Shown here in pieces: positions 1 through 12,779 of a stretch of 64,000 bases of DNA. The position numbers and the translations under genes were made by a program. The number at the start of each line of letters is the position of its first letter. The first letter of the stretch is position 1. Below the pieces are notes generated by a model. The model did no database searches. It saw only the letters and a program-made list of their open reading frames with translations, and was not told the DNA's origin. The stretch lies in the NCBI RefSeq assembly GCF_001194135.2, contig NC_068982.1:96590734-96654733 (forward strand), in the 5' to 3' direction. Source of the DNA: Octopus bimaculoides. Taxonomy: Eukaryota.

Positions 1-828
1 GTAAAAGCACCTACTACACTCTCTGAGTGGTTGGCGTTAGGAAGGGCATCCAGCTGTAGAAACTCTGCCAAATTTAGATTGGAGCCTGGTGTTGCCATCC
101 GGTTTCACCAGTCCTCAGTCAAATCGTCCAACCCATGCTAGCATGGAAAGCGGACGTTAAACGATGATGATGATTATGATGATACATATATACGACGGGC
201 TTCTTTCAGTTTCCGTCTACCAAATCCACTCACAAGGCTTTGGTCAGCCTGAGGCTATAGTAGAAGCCACTTGCCCAAGTTGCCACGCAGTGGAAATGAA
301 CCCGGAACCATGTGGTTGGTAAGCAAGCTGCCTACAGTAATAAATGAAAAAAAAAAGCAAACTATAAAGGTCTACCATTGTTTACAAATGATGTGAATGC
401 GTTTATGCAGTAGGTAGCACCAACAAACATGGGAAATTTGAAATTATTTGAAAATTTTCTAGCTGAAATTAGTGTCAGATTACTGATTTTGTTGGATTAC
501 AGGATGCTGGATTAGTGGCAGTATGTACGTAGGTCAAATGACCAATGAAATTCATTTTCAGCAAGCAAGCAAATTTGAGAAGATAAGGTATGTTTAAAGA
601 AGTCAGTTTACCAAAGATGAAAAGATATATAGAGACTGGGAGAAGAGGAGCAGAGAGAACAAAGGAGATATGATCAATGGAAACAAGGCAATAAAAATGG
701 AATTATGGCACCAGGTTTATTGAAAATAAATAAAACAATATAAAAGTTTTTAAAAATATGCATAAGCATGACTGCTAAGATAAAAAAACTTAGGTTAAAT
801 TTAGAGTAGTTATGAGTACTGACATATA

Positions 829-1398
829 TGTAGTGTTTAGATGTAACTGCTGTTGAAGTGAAGATCTAAGGTTCTCACACTGGAGATACCAAGTGAAGAA
901 CACCAAAGAATACAGAATAATATTTAGAGATTTATCTACCCACAGTTGTTAGTAAGACAGATAGCAGTAATTGTACATAGTTGATCATGGCAATATGTTG
1001 CTATGTTTGTCTCTTGCAGGTTGTTGGTAGTTGTGTGTTCTGCTGGTAGAGAGAGAGAAAGAGTAAGGATTACACTCTGCTGACAAAAATGAAGAAAGGA
1101 TAAAGACGACATTGTCCTCTTTTGATTCCTGCTGAAAGCTGCTCTTCAAATGCCAACATAAAGTTGAAGAGAGTGGAGAAAGAAATGTCCGCTGTCATAT
1201 AGTCTATGGCCAGGAAAGTAGGTCAAATTCTAAACAAAGAACTGACCCTTTCGTGACCAGCAAAGGTCCTAGTAGGTCAAGTGTTTCCCATCACTTGGTG
1301 TGGAAGTGCAAGCACAAAGGATTTCACACTTGTTTGACAAGCAGCGAGTGAGCAGATTCAGTTTTGAATCTCAGGCAGAGCCAAGTGAGGTCCCTACA
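829..1398 (-). mobile_element. Solo LTR-like insert (570 bp)
   Basis: TGTAG...CTACA inverted termini; flanks TATA/TGTA may be a 4-bp TSD with one mismatch. Confidence 0.55.
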
Positions 1399-1414
1399 TG
1401 TATATAAAAATGAT

Positions 1415-2045
1415 GCATATGGCGTAGTAGTTAAGAGCGTGAGCTACTAACACCAAGATTCCGAGTTTGATTCCAGGCAGTGACCTGAATAATCATCATC
1501 ATCATCATCATCGTTTAACGTCCGCTTTCCATGCTAGCATGGGTTGGACGATTTGACTGAGAACTGGTGAATCAAATGGCTATACCAGGCTCCAATCTGA
1601 TCTGGCAGAGTTTCTACAGCTGGATGCCCTTCCTAACACCAACCACTCTGAGAGTGTAGTAGGTGCTTTTACGTGCCACCAGTACGAGGGCCAGTCAGGC
1701 AGTACTGGCAACGACCACGTTCAAAATGGTGTATTTTATGTGCCACCTGCACAGGAGCCAGTCCAGCGACACTGGCAATGACCTCGCTTGAATGTTTTTC
1801 CACATGCCACCAGCACAAGTGCCAGTAAGGCGATGCTGGTAACCATCACACTCAAAATAATAATAATAATAATAATGATAATAATAATAATAACAACATC
1901 GAAAAATACCTTAGGAATGAGAACCCAGGTTCCAAATATCCCCAAGACACCTTATGAAGGCTGGAGGGTATATCAGCTGAAATGTTGTGTTAACAAACAA
2001 GATGACAAATATCCGTCAAATGTAAATAATGTAAATAATGCATAT
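1415..2045 (+). mobile_element. tRNA-headed SINE with hammerhead-like tail, split by an RTE-tail insertion
   Basis: A/B-box-like head at about 1415-1485, (AAT)n linker, and tail 1897-2045 homologous to the copies at 19.3-19.65 kb. Confidence 0.7.
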
Positions 2046-2393
2046 AAAAAAGTATAATAAATAAAAACAAAAAAATATAAGCATACATATATAGAAAATA
2101 ATATGTGCTAACATGTATCTATAAATGATGTGCATAAAAATGTTAATAACAAAAATATAAACAGGTGCATCATCGTTTAATGTGTTTTCATGCTTCCATG
2201 AGTTGGATGGTTTAACAGGGAGCTAGCCAGCTGAGGAGCTGTTCAGACTCCACTTGTCTGTTGTGGCATAGTTTCTATGGCTGGACATCCTTCCTAACAT
2301 CAACCACTCCACAGAGTGTGCTGAGTGTTTTTTACATGCCACCAGCATGGGTGCCTTTACTCAGCACTGGTATGAGTGCTTTTTATGTGGCAC

Positions 2394-5300
2394 TGTTGTG
2401 GTGAGAATATGATACCCTCTGACAAGAATAGATGGGACCACTACATACAAATATTAGTGGTCTGACATAGTCGGTAGCTTGTAGTTTGGTCTTCAAAGTC
2501 CAGTGTGTTGGAAATATTGATTCTTGGTTCATAAAACATTGTTGGTCCATTACATGTTTGTTACTGTTGCTGTTTCTATTTTGTATTGTTATAATACTGT
2601 TACAGTATATTCTTTATCTATCATCGACAATATCAACTGTACTATGATATTGGAGTCATAAGGATATAACATCTGGCAACAAAAATTTTTCAAATCTCAA
2701 GTAGGTTATTTGACAATTTGTGCATCATACAAATTGTCAAATTATGAAGAACCTATTAGCTGCAGTAATACAGCTTCAAGAGAAGCAACAGGAACAACTA
2801 CAGGAGTTGCAGAAGCAAATATTACAACAACAGTTAATTGAGTTATCGTCAAGGAAGTCTGAGAATTGGGTAAGTTCGTTTGCACCAGATGGCATGGTGA
2901 ACTCAATTTCTGAATTCACTTATAACCCAGAGGAGGGTATTATGTTTCCTGCATACTATAGAAGGTACAAGGAAATTTTTAACATGAATTGCAAGTCATG
3001 GTCGGATGAGAAGAAAGTGAGGCTATTATTACGCAAGGTAGCTCCAGCTAAGCATGAATGCTACTGTAACTTTATATTGCCCAAAAAGTTGAATGAGATT
3101 TGTTTCCAAGAAACTATTGAATTACTCTCAAAGATCTTTTGCAACAAAGGTTCGTTATTTAACACTCGATTGGTGTGATGACTTTATTACATACACTGGA
3201 TAGTCAATCATATGTCTGAAAACTTTAAATTTCAGGAACTTACCTAGGATATGTTTAAATCCCTTACCTTTGTACAAGGCCTTACGGCAACCAAAGATAG
3301 AGAAATTCGGGCAAGGATTCTCTCAAAAATGGAGCAAATAAACCAAGACTTAGCCCTACAGACCATTGCAGAAGAATGTCAAACAATGGTAAACCTGAAG
3401 CACAACGTGAAAAAAAATTCAAGAGAAAGATTCCACAAAAATACAGATTTGTCGACCCAGAAGTACAACCAAAAAAGAGTATCAGTCCCCAATCCAGGTT
3501 ATGGATGTGGAGGCCTATACTTCAGAAAAGAGCTTCATTTAAAAGCCAAAAATGCTATAGTTGTCAGAAACTTGGTCACAAGAGCTCACACTGTAGGACA
3601 AGATTACGAGGGTCAAACACAGAAAGTTCTGAGGTGTTTTCAGCAGAAAGTGAATACAACATAAAAACAAGAAAATTCATACACATAAAAATAAATGGTG
3701 TAAATATTAAATTACAGTTGGTTACGGGTAAATCATAAATGCAGATTACATGGAGAAAAATCGGGAAACCAAGGATATGTAAAACAGTAAAAATTGCATG
3801 TGGCATAATGGGTGATAAATTACATTTCATGGGCAAAATATGTACAGACATCACATTTTGAGGAGAAACATGCAATGCAAAGATATTCATTGTGGAGAAT
3901 ACAACCAATCTGTTTGGTACAGATTGGTTGGAATTATTTGACTTATGGCACCTCCCCATAAGTCTCTACTGCAAAAACATAAATGGTTGTACCATTAAAA
4001 ATAAATCATCTGAGGTATTGAAGAGAAAATTGAAAAAGATGTTTCCTCAAGTGCTATAGGAGGACTTAGGTCTATGTAAAAAGACTGAAGCCTGCTTTCA
4101 AGTAAGTGAACATGCTGTGCCTGTATTTAGATTTAAAAGAAAAGTACCATTTGCAACAATTGAAATTGTAAATGAAGAGTTGGACAGACTGGAAAAGAGT
4201 AGAATCATCAAAAAGGTAGATTACTATAAGTGGGCAGTGCCCATGGTGTGCATTAAAAAGCAAAATAAGATTAGGCTGTGTGCCAATTTCTCTACAGGAT
4301 TGAATGACTGCTTAAAGACATGCCACCATCCACTCCTAACGCCAATGGACATTTTCGCAAAATTAAATAGCAGAAAAATTTTCTCCAAGTATGATCTGCC
4401 TGACGCTTATTTACAGGTTAAAGTAAATGACAAATGCTCAAAGTATCTGACAATAAATACACATAGATGATTGCACAGATATACCCAGTTACCTTTTGGA
4501 TTAAATGTTGCACCAGCAATATTTCAGCAAATCATGGATGCTGTGTTATCTGATTGTGAATTTGCAATCCCTTATTTGGATGATATATTGATTAAGAGTA
4601 ATTCACATGAACAACATGTGGAGCATATAAAAGCTGTAAAGTACATGTTCACTTTGAGTGAAGAAAAATGCGAATTCTTTTTGCCTCAAATTAGGTACTT
4701 AGGGTAAATAATTGATAAAAATGGTACACAGCCTGACCCATCAAGGGCAGATGCAATAAAGAATATGCCTGCTCCAACAAATACACCAACATTACAAGTG
4801 TTTAATGGGCTGGCAAACTACTACCAAAACTACATTCCTAACATTCACAAATTAAGAGCTCCATTGAATGAATTATTAAAAAAGGAAGTAAAGTGGAATT
4901 GGTCAGTTAAATGACAAAACGACTTTGAGGAAATAAAGAAAATTTTAATCACAGATTTGTCTCTTGTGTATTTTGATCCTGAAATGGACATTGTTGTAGT
5001 GTCTGATGCTTTGGAGTATGGAACAGGAGTAGTTTTGCTACACAGGTATAAAGATGGAAGTACAAAACCAGTGATTCATGTTTCATGCTTGCTGATAGCA
5101 GCAGGAAAAAAATAATCAAATAGAAAACGAAGCTCTATCAATTGTCTTTGCTATAAAAAAGTTTCACAGGTTTCTACATGGTAGAAGTTTACTGTTACAA
5201 ACAGGTCATTGACCATTGCTATCAATTTATGGGTCAAAGAAGGGGTTACCTACCCATACAGTGAACCAACTACAATGTTGGGGTATAATATTACTAAATT

Positions 5301-5820
5301 ACAATTTCAAAATGCAGTATATTCCATTGAAAAAATTTTGTCATGCGGACTATCTATCAAGACTAATTCCCAAAAATACGGAACCACCAGAAGATACCGT
5401 GATAGCCACACTGCAAGCAGAAAATGAAATGAAAAGTGACTGCACATGATATAAGAATGAAATCTGTAGGCAATGAGTATATTACAAAAATGAAAGAAGC
5501 TTTAGAAAATAAGTAGAATAAAAATACAAATTCGAATAGTTTCTCAATATGCAATGATAATCTGATGTATGCACAAAGACTTGTAGTACTGACTACATTA
5601 CAAAAATGTGTAGAGGTCTGATATAGTTGGCAGTTTGTAGTTTGATCTTCAAAGTCTATGTACAGTCCAAGTTAGTGTGTCGGAAATATTGTTGGCTCAT
5701 TGAGTATTTGCTACTGCCTCTGTTTCTCTTTTGCATTATTATAACACTGTTACAGTGCATTCTTTATCTATTGCTAACAATAGCAACTGTATTATGATAT
5801 TGGAGGCATAAAATATAACA
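2394..5820 (+). mobile_element. Decayed Ty3/Gypsy LTR retrotransposon
   Basis: 5' LTR 2394-2671 (TGTT..AACA), PBS-like TGGCAAC at 2674, gag with CX2CX4HX4C knuckle (CYSCQKLGHKSSHC), degenerate protease, RT with YLDD, RNase H remnant, and partial 3' LTR 5615-5820. Many stops and frameshifts. Confidence 0.93.
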
Positions 5821-6317
5821 GGTGCTGGCACATGAAAGGACAAGCCTGTATGTATGGAAGACAATGATTTTATTTAGCTTGACGCATCTTTTCAAGTACA
5901 GCAAATCACCACAACTCCCAGTCCCTTGTCATTTCCTCAGTGAGGCCCAGCATCCAATGATCCTTTGTCACCACATCTTTCTGGGCCTACCCCTTCCATA
6001 GGTTCCCTCCACAATTAGAGCTCAGTACTTCTTTACGCAGCTGTCCTCATCCATACACATTACATGACCAAACCAGTGTGGTCTTCCCTCTTGCACACAA
6101 CATCTGATGCCTCTTATACAGTTTTCCTCTTAAATCATTTACACTCTGTCATGTATGCACATTGACATTACCCATCCAGCAGAGCATGCTAACTTCATTT
6201 CTTTCAAGCCTTTACAAGTCCTCTGCAATCAAAACCCATATTTCACTGCCATGTTACATAGCTGTAAGTACACGGGCATCATACAATCTGCCTTTCACTC
6301 TGAAGGAGGGATCCTTC
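5821..6317 (-). mobile_element. RTE LINE 3' fragment hosting the Gypsy insertion (continues at about 2168-2393)
   Basis: Collinear with the RTE copy at 22.7-23.2 kb on both sides of the Gypsy element. Confidence 0.75.
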
Positions 6318-6454
6318 CACTAGCGTAGCTGGGAGGGGGGGGGGCGTCCACCCCAGGCTGCACTTTTGGGTCTGCTGTTGGCAACGTGTTCTTTGTGGGG
6401 TCTGGGGGTGGCAAACAGAAGGGCCGCTCTAGGTGGCATGCCCTCTAGCTATGC
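6318..6454. mobile_element. Small GC-rich MITE (hAT-like termini)
   Basis: Left end cactagcgtagct and right end agctatgc form partial inverted termini; the right end abuts the Merlin element. Confidence 0.4.
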
Positions 6455-7786
6455 AGATTTAGTTGGTTTGGCTGCTTGCATTTCAAAAATTGAAGTTTAT
6501 TGAAAATTTTACAATTTGGCACAATAATATACTTTTCCAAGCTGAATTGCTGGAGTTATTTCACATTTTCCAGAAAAATGTTTTTAAAAAGTTATAGAAG
6601 GTTTAAAGTTTGGTCATTTTCACCCAGTCAGGAAACAGGACTTGGAAGCTGTCATTTTGTGTGTGACTGCACATTTTGTCAACATCCTGAAAATAACACA
6701 CATTGTTGATATTTGTAAACAATGCATGTTTTGTAGTTTGAAGCATTCAATATGCATTTAATATGCTAGCACAATCTTAAAAGATTTATCCAAAAAAAAC
6801 GTTATTTAGGTGTTATTTTTATCTAACCTTGCAACCACTTCAATGACAAAAAGAATGGTTTCAATACAGTTTTAACAGAAAGATTTGGAAGAATTAGATG
6901 AAAGTTCTCCAGTATTTTTCTTTCATGTAAATAAATGTTTATGTTAATTTTAAAATTTGCTGGAAAAATCTTATAAAATGACAATGTTCTAAAATATGTA
7001 TATGTTTATATGTTATATATGAAAATAAAAGAGTGAACAAAATATGCTTAAAAAACAAACATTTAAGCATGCAATAAGCAACACAAAATATTTTCAAAAC
7101 TAAAAATGAAAGTTAGAAATACATTCAATCAATTTCTCAAACAAATCGCAATTTTTGTATCTCCTGCACCTCATAAATTCACAGAGATATGAATCTACCA
7201 TCGAATGAAGTGCCACAGTGTTGTTTATTACCTCACTTCACAGAGGCCCATGTACTCTCTACTTGTTGTGTGTGGGTACCATCTTAGGGTTAACAAAAAA
7301 AGAGAGAGTAAACAACATGTCTTTTGTAGTTTTAAGCATTCAATATGCATTTAATGCGATAGCACAAACTTAAAAGATTTATCTAAAAACAAAATAGCAC
7401 ATTACAAATTAAATATTTTTAAAAAACAAACATGTTGTTAACCAATTCATTGAAAACGAAAGTTAAAAATGCATTCAATCAATTTCTTGAACAAATCACA
7501 AATCACAAGTGGTTTCAATATATTTGTCAACACATGCTTTCTTGCTGACAAAAGAGTTTTCATGTTCTGCTTGTTACTATGGAAACAGGCATGAACATGT
7601 CAGTGGCTTTACAATTGGCTAAAATTACCAAACTTTTCAAACTTTAATTGCTAAAGACTCTTTATTTATTGATTTATAGCAAAAATGATTTTCACATCAT
7701 TCATTAGCCAATGAAAGTGTATCATTACACTGAATATGAAATCAATTTGAACAGATTTGATGCTGGCAGTCAAACCAACTAGATCT
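6455..7786 (-). mobile_element. Merlin (IS1595/ISXO2-like) DNA transposon remnant
   Basis: 21-bp inverted repeats at 6455-6475 and 7766-7786 (19/21 identical). Minus strand at about 7118-7298 reads, with frameshifts, FVNP-DGTHTQQVESTWASVK*GNKQHCGT..SMVDSYLCEFM..RRY..DLFEKLIECIS. Confidence 0.8.
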
Positions 7787-10118
7787 ATTTTATAAACAGT
7801 AACGTTTTTAGAGCTCTGTTCAGCACCCCCAACTATCAAGACATCCCCTCCCCCAGTGTTGCAATCGGCTGGCTACCTGCCTGACCCCATATAAAGACTA
7901 TTTTCTCCGTTTCCTGCATATTATAGAGGGTACAAGGAAATTTTTAACAAAGATTGCAAGTCATGGTCAGGTGAGAAGAAAGTGAGGCAACATGAAGCCC
8001 TTCACTGTCTCAGTGGGGTCAGGTGGATCTGGCATCAACCACGTTCAGATGATGCATTTTATGTGCCACTGGAACGGGAGCCAGTCAGGGGGCACTGGCC
8101 ACAGCTGCAATTTTGGTTTTACTTGACTCAATAGGTCTTCTATATCATATCACCTGACACATCAAGGGTACTTGTAAATGGACCAGACATTCAACACTGG
8201 CATCGGCCATGGCTGTGGTCTCACTTTAGTTGCTGGGTCTTCTCAGTCACAGCGTATCTCCAATGGTTTCGGTCTCCTGTCATTGCCTCTGTGAGGCCCA
8301 ATGTTTGAAGATCATGCTTCACCATCTCATCCCATGTCTTCCCAGGTCTACCTCTTCCACAGTTAGGGAGTGGCACTTCCTCACACAGCTGTCCTCATCC
8401 ATATGTATGCATATATACACACATGCATGTACATGCCTACATATATATGTATACATACATGCACATATGGGTACGGAATGTTAACAAAAAAAACATGAAC
8501 AAAATGAGAAATGAGAACATAAAAAACAAAAGCATGGAAAACGAACATTTTTCGAACAATGAAAGAAACAAATAGAGAAACGAGACAGGCAACATAAAGA
8601 ACATTCCAGATGAAGCCCTTCACTGTCTCAGTGGGGTCTTTGATTAATGAGAGAGATGGATATGGAATATACGAGAATCTTTATTGATCACTACAACTGT
8701 TTCAACCCATCCAGCATCAATCCATCATGGGTGTGAGTTTAAATATCTGGTTTAAATGTATCTCTTGGTGTAGATGTGTCTCCTCAGATGATTGCAATAG
8801 GTATCTCATTAAAATAAACTCTGTTTCACAAGATTTCTTCTTTGTCTTTGTATATAAAAGTGGCAAATTAAGGTATACAGCTTCATTTTTATAGAAGATC
8901 AATAACAAATATCAGATACAAAAAGAAAGAAATACACAATACAGCGAAAAAAAATATTAAATATAACCATTAGTAGATATGGATGTACAAACGCCCATAC
9001 ATACATGGTCTGGTACACATACACTTGCCTGTGGAAATGCAAATGTACATACAAGCATACATATAACCAAACACACACACACAATATCAATTATTTGTAT
9101 GATTCAAAATATTTTGCAATTAAGGACACTAAATTAGAGTCAAGGTCAGCATATTTGTGTATATACAGTATGTGGGCACTCAAGCATATATCAATGCATA
9201 TATATGCAAAAACATATACATGAACATGAACATATCAATATACACATCAATTTAAATATACATGTATTTATGAAATTATATACACATGCAGTTTCATGAT
9301 TTGTTTAGTTTGAATCCAACTTAGAGAAGGTTCCCAATGTGGTGTTTACATAGAGAAAGAGCACAAATCGGTTGAGGTTCATCATAGCTATTTCAGACAC
9401 ATATTTATTGATGAATAAACCAATTACATCATTAAAAAAAAACATTTTCTTCAGATGAAATAAAAGTTTGAAATGCAAAATTTAAAATATGGTTCAGAAA
9501 AAATACCAACCTATGGAATGTATGTTGAACCTGTATGTTGGCTGTATGTTGGCAACAAGTTAGAGAGTGAGTCTATACCAAAATACAGTCAGACAACATT
9601 TGGGTAATGGTCATAAACCTACCAATAGACAAAGCCACACTAAATTATTTACTTAAATAGATGGCAAGAGATAAAGACAGAGAAAAAGAATGGAAAGAAA
9701 TAAAGCTTAAGAGGGAGGCAGTGAGAAAGAAAAATAGGAGTGAGGTAGGAGTCTATCGGTGTAGAAAAGTGAAGACAAAATTACTGGTGCCAACTGTTAG
9801 ATCACAGGCCACCAGCTCCATGTCAAACCGTCCAACCCATGCCAGCATGGAGACCAGATGTTAAATGATGATGATATGTAAATATGTAGGTGAGGGACGA
9901 AGTGGTAAGGCATGATGTTTGAATGTTGGGCCTCATGGAGGCGACAAGTGACCGAGACTTTTGGTGATATGCTGTGCTTGAGAAGACTTGTCAAGCCAAG
10001 TGAAATCATAGTCATGGCCATTGCCAGTGCCATGTTAATGACACCTGTGAAATCGTAGTCATGGCTGTTGCTAGTAACATGTAAATGGCACCCATCTCAA
10101 TGGCACGTAAGAAGCATT

Positions 10119-10833
10119 TGTGAAAACTAACATTTCATTTTCTGAGCTGAGATTTGAAACCGAATGTACGGGTTCTCACTCGCGTAATCTATCACTTTTT
10201 GACAGGTGATCGATGGATTTCCATTTGACCTCCGACCTCAGTTGTGTCACTGAAGGTTCAACTGGACAGTAGGTGACTTAGATAAGTACAAACTACTTCT
10301 ATGGTATATCTGTTCTTCTAGCTACGATGACCATTATAAATGTGGTTTCCTTAGACACATGACAGATAGCCAGACAGCTAGCAACAGGCAAGCAGTCAAG
10401 AAAGTCAGATGTCAGGCCATGAACAAGCAGTGACTGTCAACACAGCACAGTAGCAGTTGCAGAACACAAACAGACAGGACAGAAAAACAACACCACCTGA
10501 CCAAATGGCCAACACACACACATACATAAAATATGCCTTGTACTATCTCATCAAATCAACATTCTACTTCTCTTGTTTGTTTGTTTTTATTTCGTCAGCT
10601 CGAAGCAGTTGATAACTTCATGTAGCAGCCTTCGTCACTACAATATTGTAAGTCAAGCTTTGTGTATCCAACACGTAGATGCAACTGTTGACCAAATAAA
10701 TTGTTTAAACTACATTCCGATGCTTTCCTCATTGTTTTCCTTTGATGTTGTCCAACACGCCTATCTTCATCTACTACACCCAACAACGTACATTGAACCA
10801 TCAACAACACATTTCGTTACACAACCCGCTCCA
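10119..10833. mobile_element. LTR-like insert inside an RTE-tail repeat
   Basis: TG...CA ends; flanks CATT/CACT may be a 4-bp TSD. The host repeat (aagca..ctca[ct]tacactc) resumes after it. The right end could be 10835 instead. Confidence 0.5.
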
Positions 10834-10880
10834 CACTCATTACACTCATGGAGTGGTTGGCGTTAGGAAGGGCATCCAGC

Positions 10881-11288
10881 TATAGGAAAGTTGGTTATAC
10901 ATCATTAGATGTATACCTGACTTTCCTATATAAAATTATTGAATATAAACGGAGCGCTGAACTCCAGACTATCAACTTATACAACATTTTATTTAGGTGG
11001 TAAATATATACATCTTTAGCTCTTGTTGTTACAGCTTCTGTGTGTATGATCATAGTTGTCGGGACGTTGTTATGTAGTTGTAAGCGAGCTGTCGAGCGTA
11101 AGTCCGAAAGATGTAGAGAGACAGCTTAACACGTAAAGAGACTGTCTCCAGAGTTCGAATGTTAGAGACACTCTTGACACGTCCATGCTCTATGCTGGCC
11201 AGCAAGAAAGAGAATGAATTGAGCGGGAACGCTTGCTTGTTTAATTCTATGCATGCGTGAGACTACGCATGCGCACGGCGTTACTACA
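10881..11288 (-). mobile_element. Solo LTR (408 bp) inside the same repeat
   Basis: CAGC TSD at 10877-10880 and 11289-11292. Minus strand starts TGTAG, ends CCTATA (probably decayed CTACA) and has AATAAA in its 3' part. CpG-rich. Confidence 0.7.
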
Positions 11289-11619
11289 CAGCCATAGAAA
11301 CCGTGCCAAATCAGACTGGAACCTAGTGCAGCTCTCCAGCTTATCAGTTAATGTCAAACCGTCTAACCTATGCCAGCATGGAAAGCGGACGTTAAATGAT
11401 GATGATATATAATATTATACAAGTTTATGGTATTCTGAAACTATTCTCAGACTACAAACATAGTTAGGATCTATTCAATTTGTTATTATATACATTATCC
11501 TCTTACTTAAGTCTTTTTTCAATATATTTATCAGCATCAGTGAAACTGTCACGAGAAAGATCCAAACAATGTTGAAAATTCCGCACGTTGATACCATATT
11601 TCCATTGTTTTAATACTTG

Positions 11620-12122
11620 CAGTCGGGCAAGTGAAATCGAAATCATGATTGAACCAAATTCGATGACTGGCACCTGTGCCAGTGGAGCGCTAACAGCACC
11701 GGCCGAGCGTGATCATTACCAGAGCAGCTGTCTGGCTTCCGTGCCAGTGGTACGTAAATAGCACCATTTGAGCGTGATCGTTACCAGCGTTGCCTTACTG
11801 GCACTTGCGCCAGTGGAACGTGAAAAAACATTCGAGCGAGGTCGCTGCCAGTGCCGCTGGACTGGCTCCCGTGCAGGTGGCACGTAAAAACACCATTTTG
11901 AGCGTGGCCCTTGCCAGTACCACCTGACTGGCCCTCGTGCTGGTGACACGTAAAAGCACCCACTACACTCTCGCAGTGGTTGGCGTTAGGAAGGGCATCA
12001 AGCTGTAGAAACTCTATTAGATCAGATTGGAGCCTGGTGCAGCCTTCTGGTTCGCCAGTCCGCAGTCAAATCGTCCAGCCCATGCTAGCATGGTAGGCAG
12101 ACGTTAAACGATGATGATGATT
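11620..12122 (+). repeat. RTE-LINE 3' tail repeat (GGAAGGGCATCCAGC family ending in (GAT)n), representative copy
   Basis: Same sequence, approximate coordinates, at 1-182, 1495-1855, 8021-8405, 14110-14480, 21940-22185, 26398-26560, 32460-33170, 43990-44420 and 56300-56630. At 51-52 kb it directly follows RTE ORF sequence. Confidence 0.85.
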
Positions 12123-12779
12123 GTTAACAAAGCTTCAGATATATCAATTTTTCATCTATTCTCGATACTCAACTGAAATAAGTTTGTTACATTTATATCC
12201 CAATATTTTATAAGCAATCATAGCCGATCTAGCAGAAAACATACTTAATGCAGAATTTATTAAATGAGAAAGCCGGATAAATATTATTGGGTGACTCTTT
12301 TTCTTTAAGCCAAAAGCTAATGTAGTTATCTCCCTTAGCTTGTATGGTTTACATTGCATAATTCGATGTGACGAAACAACTGTTCTAGTTTCAAGTTAGT
12401 ATATTTATAAACTACTATTGAACATGAATGTCTTTAACAACCATTAACTTTGAAGTTACATCATAACTAACTAGCCTTCATATACTGAAAATTCTAATTT
12501 ATACACCGCTTTGTCATAGATATAAAACATGCTGTAACTTCTTTCCAGTAAGAAATAAAAATATTTTGCAAGTAAGTATTAAGTTTACCAGTTTTACATT
12601 TGCTATTAAGAGGTTATAAATTGTCAGATGTTTGTGTGAAACTTCAAAGAATAGCTTCTTTATTATTAAGTGTTGATGTGCTCTTGTTTCACTCATGACA
12701 AGCATTCACGTTCACTTTTTCGATAGGTGTAATACAAATAAATGAAGCATACACATACAACAAGAATTATTAGCTTTAA

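Noticed and set aside
1415-1490. tRNA gene
   Set aside because: No acceptor stem closes, and it runs into the SINE body shared with the 19.5-kb copy. The same applies to the tRNA-like stretch at about 34880-34945.
8600-8790. More hammerhead-like motifs (CAGATGAAGCCC..; minus-strand CATGATGG..GAAACAG)
   Set aside because: Cores are incomplete and no stem I/III can be rebuilt from single copies; at most PLE debris.
10599-10653. Cryptic exon (pyrimidine tract, tcag acceptor, gtaagt donor)
   Set aside because: It lies inside an LTR-like insert with no host transcript or partner exons.
12156-12705. Divergent minus-strand gene upstream of POLR3D (MSETRAHQ.. and 12156-12359 ORFs)
   Set aside because: No recognisable homology and no consistent chain of further exons in the repeat-filled sequence to the left.
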